Shown: positions 11,920 to 25,900 of the stretch, one piece after another
Position numbering within the stretch: position 1 is the first letter of the stretch
Layout of the letters: every line of letters starts with the position of its first letter
Origin: Azolla caroliniana
Lineage: Eukaryota; Plantae; Polypodiophyta
Reading direction: 5' to 3'
Length of the DNA stretch: 64,000 bases
Assembly (NCBI GenBank): GCA_043228905.1
Contig: JBHGNT010000006.1
Coordinates: 15,748,001 to 15,812,000 of the forward strand
Notes under the pieces: model-generated
Seen by the model: the letters and a program-made list of their open reading frames with translations, nothing else
What the model was told of the DNA's origin: nothing
Databases searched by the model: none
Program-made: the position numbers and the translations under genes

Positions 11920-14900
11920 CCCTTATGCTTCCAAAATTTGCGGAGGAAATTAGAACGGGGCTCGATAGAGGACGAGGCTCAGGAGACATTTCTAGCAGCC
12001 TTACGGCGACCAATACGGACGACACTCAATAACAATAGCGTGAAAGGAGAAACAGCCGATATGGTCATAGAATGAGCATTACAGCTCGAGCTGAACGAAG
12101 AAGAGGAAAGGTTTTCCATGTCCTCATTACGACAAGCGTTACCTCAGGACGAGGAACAACAATTTCGCCAAGCAATCTAGTGCACAATTTGCCTCAATTC
12201 TGGGCATTCTGCAGTGGAATGCAACATGCGAATCCACTGCCCAAGCTGTCACAAGACGAATGACCCCGGTATACGGATCGGAATTCACACGATGACCGGC
12301 ACTACCGGAATCGCCAAAATAACAACGATTCCGAGGAAGAAGAGCCAGAGGACAAAGACTACTGGGGCAACCGCAGGTATAATAAAGGAGGACGTCGTTA
12401 CGAAAACTACCGTTTGGCGAACAAACGTGGTGGCTTCAATGGGCCTCGCGGGAAACATAGACAGTATAGGGACCAATGGCGTTACGATGAAAGTTCGGAA
12501 GATGACCGGCACCAGGAGCCGCGCCGGGACCAACAACAACCACTGCAGAATTTCAGAAGAATAAACCAAGACCAGGAGGAGCAGGTCACACCTGGGGAAA
12601 GGAACACGCCACCAACTGCCGAGAAAGGCGAATCCAGCATCCATTATTTCGTTTGCCGACAGCCTGGACATTAGGCCACTCAATGTTCACTAAGCAAGGG
12701 CAAGGGCCCCGCCGTTAATACAATTATGGAGGAAGTACAACAAGTTACCACAAGGCAGCAAATGAAAAATGTTGATTGGGCCACACAAGATGAGATACGT
12801 AAGACGACCCAATCATATGGGTCGAACAAGCGAACGCAGCCGATCCGCAAACAATGTGGGGCCATTGGAGGAAGACATAATATCCCCGGACCCCATATGG
12901 CAGGCACTAGCAGGCTGCGAATATCAAACAAAGCTGGCAACATAAGTGCATCAGTTTTCGCCAAGGACGCACCAAGGTTCACGTACCCACAAAGGAAATG
13001 ACGACACAACCCAAGGGGATAACACCATTATATGCGGAAGATATAAATATGTTGGATGGGGTGGAGGATACAAAGTTGGAAACATACTTGGACGAGCACC
13101 CCCGAATCATTCCACTATTCAAAATCGACGTAATAGAAACCGCGACGGAGTACGCGACGCCTACTTTACTTCACGGCGAGGCTTATTGACCAGACCCAGA
13201 GTTGATCATGGAATTAAGCAGAGCACGGGTGGCGTTCGTGTAGGAAATGGAAATTTCACGACGAGTCGCTGCCTCAGCCCTAGAAGAAGTTAATGTGGGC
13301 ACGACAACAGACCCCCGACTCCTCTCCATCGCAAAAGAGTTATTACCGGATCAAGGAGAGGCAATGATAGCTCTACTCAAGAAGTATAAAGATGTGTTTG
13401 CTTGGTCCCACGAGGAGATGAAGGGATTAGATCTAAATTTCTATCAACATAAGATCAATTTAGCGTCCAATTCGAAACCAGTCCAACAGCGGCTCACGTA
13501 AAAGAGGAAATTGACAAACTTCGCAGGGCCGGATTCATTAGACCAATCAAGCAAGCTACATGGCTAAGCCCAATAGTCGTACCGAAGAAAAATGGAAAAA
13601 TACGTGTGTGCGTGAACTACCGGAAATTGGACGTTGTAACCATTACAAATGCGTTCTCGTTACCTTTCATCGATAGCATACTGGATGTCGTCGTCGGGCA
13701 TGACATGTACAGCTTTCTAGATGGCTTCAGTGGGTACAATCAAGTACGCATGCACCTCGACAACCAAGAGAAAACGGTGTTTGTCACGGACTAGGGAGTA
13801 TATGTCGCGGTCGTCATGATGTTTGGGCTAAAGACGGTGCTGGCTACATTTCAGCGGACAATCACGGAGATTTTTGGGGAATATATACCCACTTTCATGC
13901 ATGTCTTTTTAGACGATTTTGCGGTGTATGGGACAGCAGCCGAACATTTTACGCATCTACAACTTTGCCTGAGCGTTGCCGCACTTCATGCTTAAGCTTG
14001 AATCCCGCCAAATACGCCTTCGGCGTCACCAATAGAGCTCTCCTCGGCCACATAGTTAGTAAAGAGGGGATAGCGGTAGATCCAAACAAAATCTCCACGA
14101 TTACTCACGCAAAGACATTGACAAATGCCAAAGCACTTAGCCGGTTTCTAGGACAAATACAATGGCACTGTCGGACAATACGCTATTTGGCGGATTTCGC
14201 CACACCATTGCATGTTGTCGTCCACCATACTCCTTCCAAATGGACAGCAACGAAAGAAAAGGCGTATGATGCACTAATAATAATGCTAATGCAGACACCG
14301 GTCGTACAACCACCAGATTGGGTGAAACCATTTCATGTTTTTGTGGATGCCTCAGATATAGCAATAGGTAGTGCGTTGATGCAGCTCACGGAGCCAAATT
14401 GGTACCGACTAGTGTACTACGCCAGTCGAAAATTTTCAACGGCTGAGCGTAACTATTCCACAACGGAACATGAAGCCTTGGGTATGATATACAACATCAA
14501 TAAATTCCGGCATTATCTGCTAGGACGAAGATTCACGTTTCACGTGGATCATACGACTTTGCTATATCTGGTGGAGAAACAGGCACTGACAGGGAAATTG
14601 GCTAGATGGATGTTGTTACTCCAAGAATTCGATTTTGGAATCCAACACAGACCGGGTGCGCAACAAGTGGTGGCGGATTTCTTGAGCAGATTAGATAATG
14701 GAGAAATGGCGAAAAAGGATGATGACGACTTTCCGGATGCGGACATTCTGCGAGTAGCAACCTTAGCAACAAGAAGAGAAAAGACTTTTCTGAATCGGTG
14801 GTGGATGGAAATGACCTACTTTCTTACCACGGGGTTACTTCCACCACAATTAAGGACGGACAAGAAAAAACGACTAGCCGTCCGGAGTCGTAATTTCTGT

Positions 14901-16109
14901 TTAGTCGAAGACGTTCTATATCACAAAGGTAGTGACAGCATCTAGAGGTGTGGAATACGGCAGGATGAGAAGGCAACGGTCTTACGCGAAGCTCACTGTG
15001 GTACGGCGGGAGGACATTACGCAGGCGATGTTACGGCCTGGAAAATCTGGTAATCAAGACTTTGGTGGCCAACTACACAAAAGGATGCGTATGAATATTG
15101 CAAATGGTGCGATTTATGCCAACGGATGGGCCAGCCCACGGAAGTCGCGAGAATGCCACATCAACCGATGTTGCCATTGGATCCTTTCCAAAAGTGGGGG
15201 CTCGATTTTGTGGGACCCTTTACCCCGGCGGTTGCCCGAATCGGCAATAAGTATATCCTGGTAGCTACGGATTACTGCACCAAGTGGGTAGAAGCGAAAC
15301 CACTATGCGAAAATACTGTGGCAGTCACGGCGAAATTCCTTTACGAACATATATGGTGTCATTTTGGCTGACCTATTGAGCTCATTAGTGACCAAGGGAG
15401 TCAATTTCTGAATACGGTCGTCTGCGAACTGACCCAATACTATGTCGTGGTCCACAAAAAGAGTACATTGTATTACCCACAGGCAAATGGCTTGGCCGAA
15501 TCCACAAACAAAACATTACAAACTATCCTCAAAAAGATACTCAATGAGAATAGAACAAATTGGGATACCAAATTGCATAGTGCATTCTGGGCATATCGAA
15601 CCAGCTATAAGACTAGCATACAATCCATGCCTTTCAGGCTAGCATTTGGGTTGGAGGCCGTAATGCCAGTCGAATTCCAAGTACCCAGTCTGCGGATTCA
15701 AGTACGAGACCGGCTACCAACGAACAAATCCGAACGAATACGGCTACAACAATTGTTAGAACTAGGCGAAACACGATTACGCAGTATGGCCATATTGGAA
15801 CAGGAATAGCGGCGGCGCAAAGTATTCCTGGACCGACATCTGCATGCGCGTGAAAGGGATTTTATGGTCGGGAAATCGGTATTAGTTTTTCAAATACGCA
15901 TGGGGCAAATGCCAGGAAAATTAAGATTCCATTGGACAGGCCCGTACTGGATAGTTGGAGCGGAAAACGACACGTTTCAACTTGGCACCTTGGTCGGAGA
16001 AGTGCTACGAAAAAAGGTGAATGGGTTTCACCTAAAACCTTACCTGGGACCTACGCCACCTAACCCATTCCCCGCCGGACAGGACAAAGCCGGAGAATCC
16101 ACAGAGTAA
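11920..16109 (+). mobile_element. Degenerate Ty3/Gypsy internal region (gag zinc knuckle, RT, RNase H, integrase); no LTR identified
   Basis: Knuckle remnant FVCRQPGH*ATQC (~12650); RT YSFLDGFSGYNQ and FLDDF; RNase H VDASDIAIG..ERNYSTTEHE; integrase [16 protein letters not shown] and GPY (WTGPY). Order RT-RH-INT. Many stops and frameshifts; no protease motif seen. Confidence 0.92.
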
Positions 16110-16453
16110 TTATAGAGACCTACTTGTACTATAGTGTAAACATAATATTGTATGTAACCGTTACAGAAGGAAGAAAAAAAAGAGAGAAGATAGCGACACT
16201 ACTAAAAGGACTTCATGCATGCACAAACTTCTAGAGCAAGAACATGCGGCACCACGATGGCTCACAGACCAATGAACCCTAGGCCACAAAAAGAAGAAAA
16301 TAGAAGGTTTTCTACACAGTACAGAAACCAATCATCTAACCCTCATCGCTCTCATCGTTCTCCTCACTCACCTTCCTCTCCATCATACCACAAAGCTCAC
16401 ATTCGCCATAGCCAGCATACCTCACCCTCTACCCATGAGTCTCACCCACCTAC

Positions 16454-18560
16454 TATGTCGATCCCTATTTCTGCCACCTTGCGTAGATGGCTCGTCGAAA
16501 AGCGCTTGGATGGCTACATCAAAGTCGTCGAGGCACCCGCTCACCCTGAAGCCCTGGACATTGCTAGGAAACTCAATATAGACACAGTCACTAACACATC
16601 TATCCGGAAGAAGCTTGACCTGTCATCGCTTGGAGAAAGACATTTCGACATCCCTCCTGCGGAAACCTTGTAGAGATATTTCGGGGCATATTCGGCGTCC
16701 GCCAAGGCATACAGGACGAAGGAAATCCCTGACCCCTTCTTTCGCGAAATAGCCAAGTTCTTGCTGGAGGTCGGATGCGTGCATGTAAATGCCTATGGGA
16801 TGCCAAAGCAGAAGGCAAGCATCATCATTGATACCAGCGTTCGATTGGGGGCTCATTACGGGACCAGTGTTACGGGAAGGCCTGCACGCATATCAAGGCG
16901 GCAAAAAGCTAAGGTCAATCATACAATAGTATCTGACGATACTATTCCCACCCCGAGGTCTGCCCGCACCACAGCCCAGCAAACCCATGCCGCCGCCACG
17001 TTCCGCGAAACGGAGGTTAGCAGAGTTGGCCACCACGGAATGGGAGGATGAACCACAATCGGCCCAACCCAGCACGCGGACAACACAAGAAGAACGAGCG
17101 GAGCGCAGGGAGGAAGCTCCGCAGGTGCAGGAAACCGAGCAACGCCAGGAAAGCCCGAGGCCGAAACGGCGGAGGCTGGATAGGAAAGATGGGTGCGGCT
17201 TAGTTAAAGACACACTCGCGGCCACAGAGACGACCGTTGTGGTCGACAATTCCGTAGCTACGAAGCCCAACACCACTTTCAAAATAATCCGGGAACCACG
17301 GCTGATCATTACGGCCCAGTCACAACGGGGGAAAAGCGTATTTACGGCGGAAAGCGAGGTCCTGAAGTATTTGGACATTCCGGACACAACCCATGAGTTT
17401 TGCGCACTATTACAGTTCGGAACTACTTACGAACTCATAGAATTTTTGGTGATGCAACAAATAAAAGTCTCACAACGAATGGTCGAGGAGCACACGGAAC
17501 AACAAATGATTGAGTGTGCGCTAACACAAATGGCGGAAAGCGATGATGAGGGGTCACTAGCCAGAGTAGGCAGATAGTGGAATGTCGGTATACACCGAAT
17601 GGGAATTGAACTACCACCATTAAACGCGGCCCTCGTCGAGGTTCATAGGGAACTGGCTAAGGTTAGTATCGGCGCCAAAGGTATGGCGATTAAAAACAAA
17701 AATGTCTGGAAAACGATTAAACACACCCAAGTTGAGCTACAAAAGGCCAACGAACGCATCGTGGAGTTGGATGTAATGCAAGTAGGGCGCAACAGGAATC
17801 TCGACCAACAGACAACATCGTTGAGTCCCAGTCCCTAAGAGAAGAGGTTGAAGCCCAAACCGCCATCGCCTCAAAAGCAAACAGGGTTGTGCAACTGGCG
17901 GAATCCGAGATTGACCGCCTCCACTCCGAACTCCGCCAATCCTCCAACAGAGAAAAGGACATCCGGACCAAAGGCCGAAAGGCAGTGAAGACCCTCGAAG
18001 AGAAACTCGAAGCGGAGGCCGCAGCGCACACCCACACGAAAGAAGAAAATACCAAACTATGGGAGGAAGCGCAAAAATCGGAAACGACGATCACAGGACT
18101 CCGAGCATTATTGGAAAAGAAGAAAGAGTGGTATGACGAGCAGATCGTACGGGAACAAGAGGTGAGGCATTAGGTCAAAATCCACCTGAACAATGAAATG
18201 GGAACGTTGGAGGAATTACACTCGAAGGAATCTCAGCTATGGGCAGGAATGAAGAGCAATTATGAGGAAGCGGTTGCGGTCAATAAGCAAGAAATCGAAA
18301 ACCTCAAGAAAACCCTGGAAGAAGCGTGTAACCGCTGCCAAGTAATAACCGACAACGTGCGCATACTCCTTCAAACAAATCGGGAGAGGGTTGCGACGCA
18401 ATTACAAGCGGCACTAGACAAAGGCTGGATGGCGTGGGCTGCATTAACGGCGGAGTTGCATACTTACTAGGCGGACTAGGAGAACCGAAGGAAAGACGGC
18501 CGAGGTTTCTACCCGGGGGCTTCACTGTCAAAACTAGTATGATAGCACGTGAGTTCATCA
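16454..18560 (+). pseudogene. Extra sense ORF downstream of pol, with a coiled-coil C-terminal half, broken by stops
   Basis: ORF chain 16454-16673, 16761-17051, 16987-17577, 17599-17838, 17889-18173, 18198-18470. Same GC-rich composition as the retroelement; E/K/Q/L heptad-rich in the last part. Confidence 0.6.
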
Positions 18561-18759
18561 AAAGGGGTTTTAATTAATCAGTGTGGGCCAAACAAATTTG
18601 GCGGATTTCTTGAGAAGGAAGGAATACTTGCAAAAAATGATCGATTTACATAAGGGTATTATCAATTATGCTGGAAAGTTTTTTTACATAAGCCCATTAA
18701 ATATTAGATATTTTAATGAGATAGTAAAGAATATATTATGCAAACAATACTCAAATTTG

Positions 18760-20249
18760 AAGTCGCATATATACATACATACATACATATGCCTGTATCC
18801 ATATATACCTACATTCAAATATTATGTCCATGAATATGTATATACATACATACATTACACCAATTTATACATGCATGCTAACTAAACATAAATATATGTA
18901 CAAATATATATTGTTATATGTAAATATGTACATACATGCATTACATACTACATACATATTAGAATCAGCCATATATATTGACATACATATATACATAATA
19001 CATACATAAAAATTACATATTACATGTATACATACACATCCTTACAAACATATTTTATATGTTACATATTACACATGTATATTATTATACACACAATTAT
19101 ATACCTATATCCATGAATATGTATATACATACATTATACCCATAGAATGAACCATACATATCATACGTGCATTCACTTTCGAGAATGATTCAATCAAGTG
19201 TGTATGGTAAATCATCTCAAAGTTGGATTGGGTTGACTAGGGACAATATTTGCATTGTATCACATGCATACTTTTGGGATGCGTATCAAGACATCTCTAT
19301 TATCCTCACTTTAGAACTTACAAAAAAATGAGTATCATCTATAGAGATTGAATCAATATATGTCATTATAAATTATAATCAAACGTTCAAAAACTCATAA
19401 AACGTATATTCGAGAATATGGAGAAAACATGACATAGGCAGTATCCTAATTTCTAATAACAAAGAAAGAAAAAGGAGCGTGACACTAACAAAAAATTTTG
19501 CCATGACATAGGCAGTAGTAGCATAACAACTTACCACTCGGGTGAGCTAATTTCTAATAACAAAGAAAGAAAGAAAAAGAAGAAAAAGGAACATGACACT
19601 AACATAAAATTTTGCCATGACACTAATAAGAGGATATGAGAAAGTTAGGAATTGAACCTAAAACACAAGTAATAGTAGCACAACAACTTACCACTAGGTT
19701 GTGCTTAGTTGTAATAATTAAAAAATAAAAGAAAAAAAACTATTATAACACTAACATAAAATTTTGCTATGACATGGTACTAATGAGAGAGAGAGGTACT
19801 AATGAGAGAGAGAAAGAGATGAGAAAATTGGGAATCAAAGCCAAGACATAGGAAACAATAGCATGACTCCTTACCACTAGGGTGAGCTAAATTGTAATGA
19901 TAATAAATGAAAAAAATGAAAGAAAACGAGTACCTATTTTTGCCATTTCAAATGTGTTCGTTTCCAAACGTTGGAATGCTTGCACGAACACGAATATTAC
20001 GTTCTATGATTACACCCATTTATACTTGCATATTGACTAAACATAAATATATGTACAAATATATATTACCATATGTAAATATGTACATACACATACATGC
20101 ATGCATTACATATTGTATATAGATTAGAATCAACCATATATATTCACATACATGTATACATAATACATACAATAAAATTACATATAACATATATACATAC
20201 ACAAATGCATATATATATATACAAAACATACTAAAATAAATTATCTATT

Positions 20250-20281
<32 letters not shown>

Positions 20282-22226
20282 TACACATACATATTAATAC
20301 CTAAGATTACATACTATATATATACAAATCTTCATACTTACAAACAAGTTACATATATATACACGTGCACACACACATAAATAAATTAGATATTACATAG
20401 TATATAATCTATACCTATTACACAATATACAAATTTACACATACATAAATTACATATATACATATATAGATACATATATTACATATGTACATACATATTC
20501 CACATATCACCATATATATGTATAGATTATGTTGAACCATACAAACCACAATATTTACATACACACACACACACACACACACATTAGATATGTATATGTA
20601 TACTTACACATAAATAAATTAGATATTACATAGCATATAATCCATACCTATTACACAATATACAAATTTACACATACATATATTACATATGTACATACAT
20701 ATTCCACATATCACCATATATATGTATAGATTATGTTGAACCATACAAACCACAATATTTACATATACACACACACACACACATTAGATATGTATATGTA
20801 TACTTACACATAAATAAATTAGATATTACATAGCATATAATCCATACCTATTACACAATATACAAATTTACACATACATATATTACATATGTACATACAT
20901 ATTCCACATATCACCATATATATGTATAGATTATGTTGAACCATACAAACCACAATATTTACATATACACACACACACACACATTAGATATGTATATGTA
21001 TACTTACACATAAATAAATTAGATATTACATAGCATATAATCCATACCTATTACACAATATACAAATTTACACATACATATATTACATATATACATATAT
21101 ATGTAGATACATACATAGATATATTACATATGTACATACATATTCCACATATCACCATATATATAGATTATATTGGACCATACAAACCATAATACTTACA
21201 TATATACACACGCACACACACATACACATTAGATACATATATGCATAGATTTACATATTCGCATTCGTCGGGTTTCCCATTCGAATGCATACAAATACAA
21301 ATACGAATGGGTGGTCAAGTATTCGTTTAACTCAAAAAAAAAAAAACTTTGTCTATTTTAATTTCCTAAGATAAAGAAAAAGGAACTTGACAATAAATAG
21401 GGATAATAAAAGAGGGACTTGGGGATTTGTCACTACAAATTTTTTATAATAAATATATAACTTATAGATTATAAGTATTCGTTTTATTTTTAATAAATAA
21501 ATAAAATAAAATAAAGGCTCATTAATTTCTCACTTTTTATTCCCTCAAAATTTATGGATATTTTTATTTTGACATTAAAAATAGTACTTCAAACAAATCA
21601 TATATTTAAAGTTTATACTAATCATATTTGTATAGTAAATATAAAAATATTCATTTTTTAAAAATTAATTAATTAATTGATTAATTAAAAATAAGTTTCA
21701 TAAACTCTCTTGACACTATAATCTATTAATGAATAATGTTCTTTTTTTTGTAAAATAAATTTATTTAAATAAATAAATAAATATTTTATATCTATTTTGC
21801 AAAACGAATGGTTTTTTAATATTCTTAGGGCCATTTCATATTCTCGAATATTGAGAATATTGCGCATGGAGAATATCACGAATATCACGCATGTGTCAAT
21901 CTATGCATATATGTATACTTACACATACATTGAATATATACATGTATATTACATACATATTACAAACATACATCCATATACAAGTCATATACATATGTAC
22001 TAAACATGAAAATATCCCAAAAATATACATACATAAATACATTACATATATACACGTACATACACATTCATACATTTATATACATATGACCATACGCACA
22101 CACACACATACATATTATGCACATAGTACAAACACATTCATACTCATTGAATCATGTATATTGACATATACATATATGCATACATATACATACATACATA
22201 TTCCACATGTCACCATATATATACGT
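18760..22226. repeat. AT-rich TA/CA low-complexity region containing a 200-bp tandem repeat (~20370-21240)
   Basis: TAAATAAATTAGATATTACATAG at 20378, 20611, 20811 and 21011. Degenerate (TACA)n/(TA)n throughout. 18850-19030 is duplicated at 20010-20200. Confidence 0.9.
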
Positions 22227-22940
22227 TGTCGTGCCTTTCGGCGTCAGATCGTTTGCGTGAGTCGGGTGGGAACCACTGAGGTTTTGGACTAGGAGAAAGA
22301 AAAATACAAATAAGGCTAGTAAAGAATAGGTATAAAGATTTATAAGATAAGAATCTTGTGAATCCCACGAGTTTAGTATATTTAGTCAATATTTAGGTAG
22401 TAAGAGAGAAATATTCTAGCAAATTCGTGAATCCCACGAATATTTTAGATTGATTGATCATTATAGAAAAAAAATCAACAAAAACTACAATGTGCTCCCC
22501 ATCCTTATATAGTGATGGGAGAGACTAAGCATAACTACATGCTTTTTTTTTCTAATATGTTCATGCACACTAAATGTGCATGTGATGCTTTTCTAATCCT
22601 TGCTTTTATTTGCTAAATATAGTGCTCATGCACGCTAGATGTGCATGAGTTGCTTGCGTTTTTCTATAAAATATTCACGCACTCTAAAAATGCATGATTT
22701 ACCTTTTAATAAAAGTAGGCGCAAATAAAGCACTTGTAGTTATTAAATCTATTTGTAGAACACTAAAGATAAGGCACCATAATGGTAAAGTTGAGGTTTG
22801 GTTATGTGGAGATATAGGGTTCGAATCTTGCCTTATGCACGTGATAAATATTTTGATATATTATTTATTTATTTATATGTATCTAAAATCGGATATATTA
22901 TTTTATGGTTTTCACGTAGTGTGTGGAATACACTACGACA
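22227..22940 (-). repeat. 3' LTR (714 bp)
   Basis: TG...CA with terminal inverted repeat; adjacent polypurine tract AGGGGGCGAG (minus strand, 22941-22950). Confidence 0.93.
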
Positions 22941-25900
22941 CTCGCCCCCTCCGAACCCGCACATCCTCTGGTATGTGCCGAAGTTCTCGATTCCTCATAT
23001 CCGTCTTCACCCAAAGCTTCCTCCGATTCTCTCCTAATGTTAACTATGAGTTGTAATTCACTTTCTTCGCTTCCCGCATCACCGTGGTCTTCGTCCGATT
23101 GCTCCTCGTTGTCGGCCTTGGCTTGGATCACATAGGGTTTGTCGTCGGTCCGCTTCTTGAAAATCTTCACCCGCGTCCCGACTATAGGCACTCGTAGTAT
23201 TGTTCCATCCAACTCGGACAGTCAGTACGTTCCGTTGTCGAAGACTTTCCGAACCTCGTATGGCTTGAACCACCTTTTCGCGAATTTTCGCATCGTTGTA
23301 TGTTGATGGTCCAAACTACTGTCATAAACGATCACCCAATCTCCTTCAATCCTCCTCGGTCGTAGTCGGTGCTTTGTGTCGAACCGGCTTTTGTTCTGGA
23401 ATCGTGCTTCTTGTTGTCGGCGTATTGCTTCCGCTATGTCTGCCGGTCTTCCCTCTAGTTGTCGTATCCGGACCGCTAGTAGTTCTTCCCGGCTCATCTC
23501 TTCCTTCCACGGTCGCGGTTTCCGTCGGCATTACCGGTGCTTGTCCGGTCATGAGTTCTGCCGGCATGTAACCGGTTACGGAGCTATGCGTCGTCCGATC
23601 CGCCCATAGTGCATACGGAAGCATCTGTGGCCAGTCCTTCACCTTGCCATCACATGCCTTCGCAAGTGCTTTCACGATCGGACTATGTCCTCGTTCGATT
23701 TTCCCGTTGGCCTCCGGATTGTATGCCGTTGTCAGCGATAACCGAACTCCGTGTTTGGCGAAGAATCCCCTAGCTTTGTCCGAGTCGAGTTCTCCCCGGT
23801 CCGCAATCACTTGTCCTACGCACCCGTACCTGCAAAATACTTCCTCCAAAAGAAATTGGCATACCGCGGAACACGTTTTCCTCTGAAGCGCTCGACCTTC
23901 TACTTGATTCGTGAGATCTTCCCGAGCTAATACCAAGTATTTCTTTTGTCTGATCCCGGTCAGCATGGCCACTATGTCGACCATCCACTTGAAGTTGATT
24001 GTCGGTGAGAATGTCGGATGTAACTCATCTCGATGTCGAACCCCGGAGTAGACTTGACATTTCTCGCAGCTTTCCGTGAACTCCACGACATCTTTGTACA
24101 TTTTCTTCCACCAATATTTTTGCTTGATCTTCACAAATGTTGCCCATGTTCCTCGGTGTCCAGCCCAATCGGATTCGTGAAACTCGGACATTATCCGGTT
24201 TCGTTGCTCTTTTGTCCCGACTACTCGAAGTGGTATACCATCCGGTCTTTTCGGCGCCCTCCATATTAATCCGTTTTCCAAGAAGAACTTTTGGACTTGC
24301 CTCTTCTTCCTTCGGATCTCGGCTCTTCTTCCTTTATCGTTTGTTGAATCCTCGGCCTCTTGTAACATCTTTCCGATCATCAAGCTTTCTCCCTCGTATT
24401 CTACTTCCCGGAATTCTCGGATTACGTTCACTCGGCATATGTGCTCCGACGCGAAGTAGTCTTCGGAAACTTCTTCATTATCCGATTCGGTTATGTTGTC
24501 TCCGAACCGAGCCCTTGATAACATATCCGCTACCGCGTTGTCCTTCCCCGAGATGTGTCGAACCTCCGGATTAAGCGACTTGACATATGCAACCCACCTT
24601 AGCATAGCTACATCCGGTACCGTACAACACCGCATCATCCCGGGTATCGGAAGACAATCCGTCTCGATCACCACTTCGGCTCCGATCAAATAATCCCGAT
24701 CCGATTTTATCGCCGACACGACTCCCCACAGTTCTCTTTTGACTTGTGCATATCCACGTTGCCTTTCGTTGAGAACCTTTGCTCCGAATCGGATTGGATA
24801 CCGCGAACCATCCGAGTCGGCTTGATTGATGACCCACCCGATACCGGTTGGACTTGTATCAACCGTTACTGTGATCGGTCGGTCGTAGCTCGGCTTCTTA
24901 AGTGCTTCCGTCCCCCGAAGTGTCTTCTTCAATTTCTTCATGGCTTTGGTGTGTTCCGGTTTCCATTCGAATTTCTTACCTTTCCGCAACAAGTGGTAGA
25001 GCGGGTCCGCTATATGTGCATAGTGCGGAATCCATATGTGATAGAATGCACATGCACCGAGAAACCTTCGGACTTCGGATGTTGACTCGCATACTTCCTC
25101 CATAGTTTGAATCGCATCGATCTTTGTTGGTGACGGTCTTCGGCCGTAGGGCCCACATAGATGTCCGAACACCAATATTTCTTCTTGCCCGAATGCCAAT
25201 TTCTCCCCGGAAAGTGTTAGGTGCACATCTTCTAGCTTTCGCAACACTTTCTCGCAATCATGAATATGGTCGACCACGAACTTTCGGCATCCCCGATAAT
25301 CCATAGTCTCATCTTTTTCTTCTACCACGCATCCTTTCATCGGAATGTCATCGAGGAACGACATCGTTATCTCCGGAATGCAGTCTCGAAGCACCTTGTT
25401 CATCGCGTTCATCATATGAGCAACCGAGTTTGTCGCTCCTTGTGGTAGTGTGCACATTCGGACTAATCCTATCGGTGTTCGCATGGTTGTGATGTCCCGA
25501 CTCTCCACGGCTAGTTGGAATTGGTCATACCCCGAGTATAGGTCTCCGATGGAGTATATCGCACGACCAGCAAAAGCTTCCGCAAATTCGTCCACTATCA
25601 GACCGACTCCCGAGTTCCAGATCGTGACCTTATTCACCGGTTGCAAGTCTTGGATAAATCGGAGTGACCCATTCTTCTTCGAAACCGTAAACCATCGATT
25701 TGAGTACGGAGCAGTTGATGGCTCTAGAATCCCCATCGCCACCTTCTCCTTGAGCAAGTCAATGACTTTCGGAATATGCGCTCGTGGCACCGGAATCGGC
25801 TTCAAGTTCCACGGTACATGGTCAATCGTGAAGATCACCATCGGCTCCACTATTCTTGGATCGACGCAGCCTATCTCCCTTGATGTAAATGCAAACGCTT

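Noticed and set aside
18583-22292. Short Y/I/H/T-rich ORFs
   Set aside because: Translations of TA/CA low-complexity DNA.
22770-22835. Functional tRNA gene
   Set aside because: A/B-box-like motifs are present, but I could not fold a complete cloverleaf; reported only as tRNA-like.
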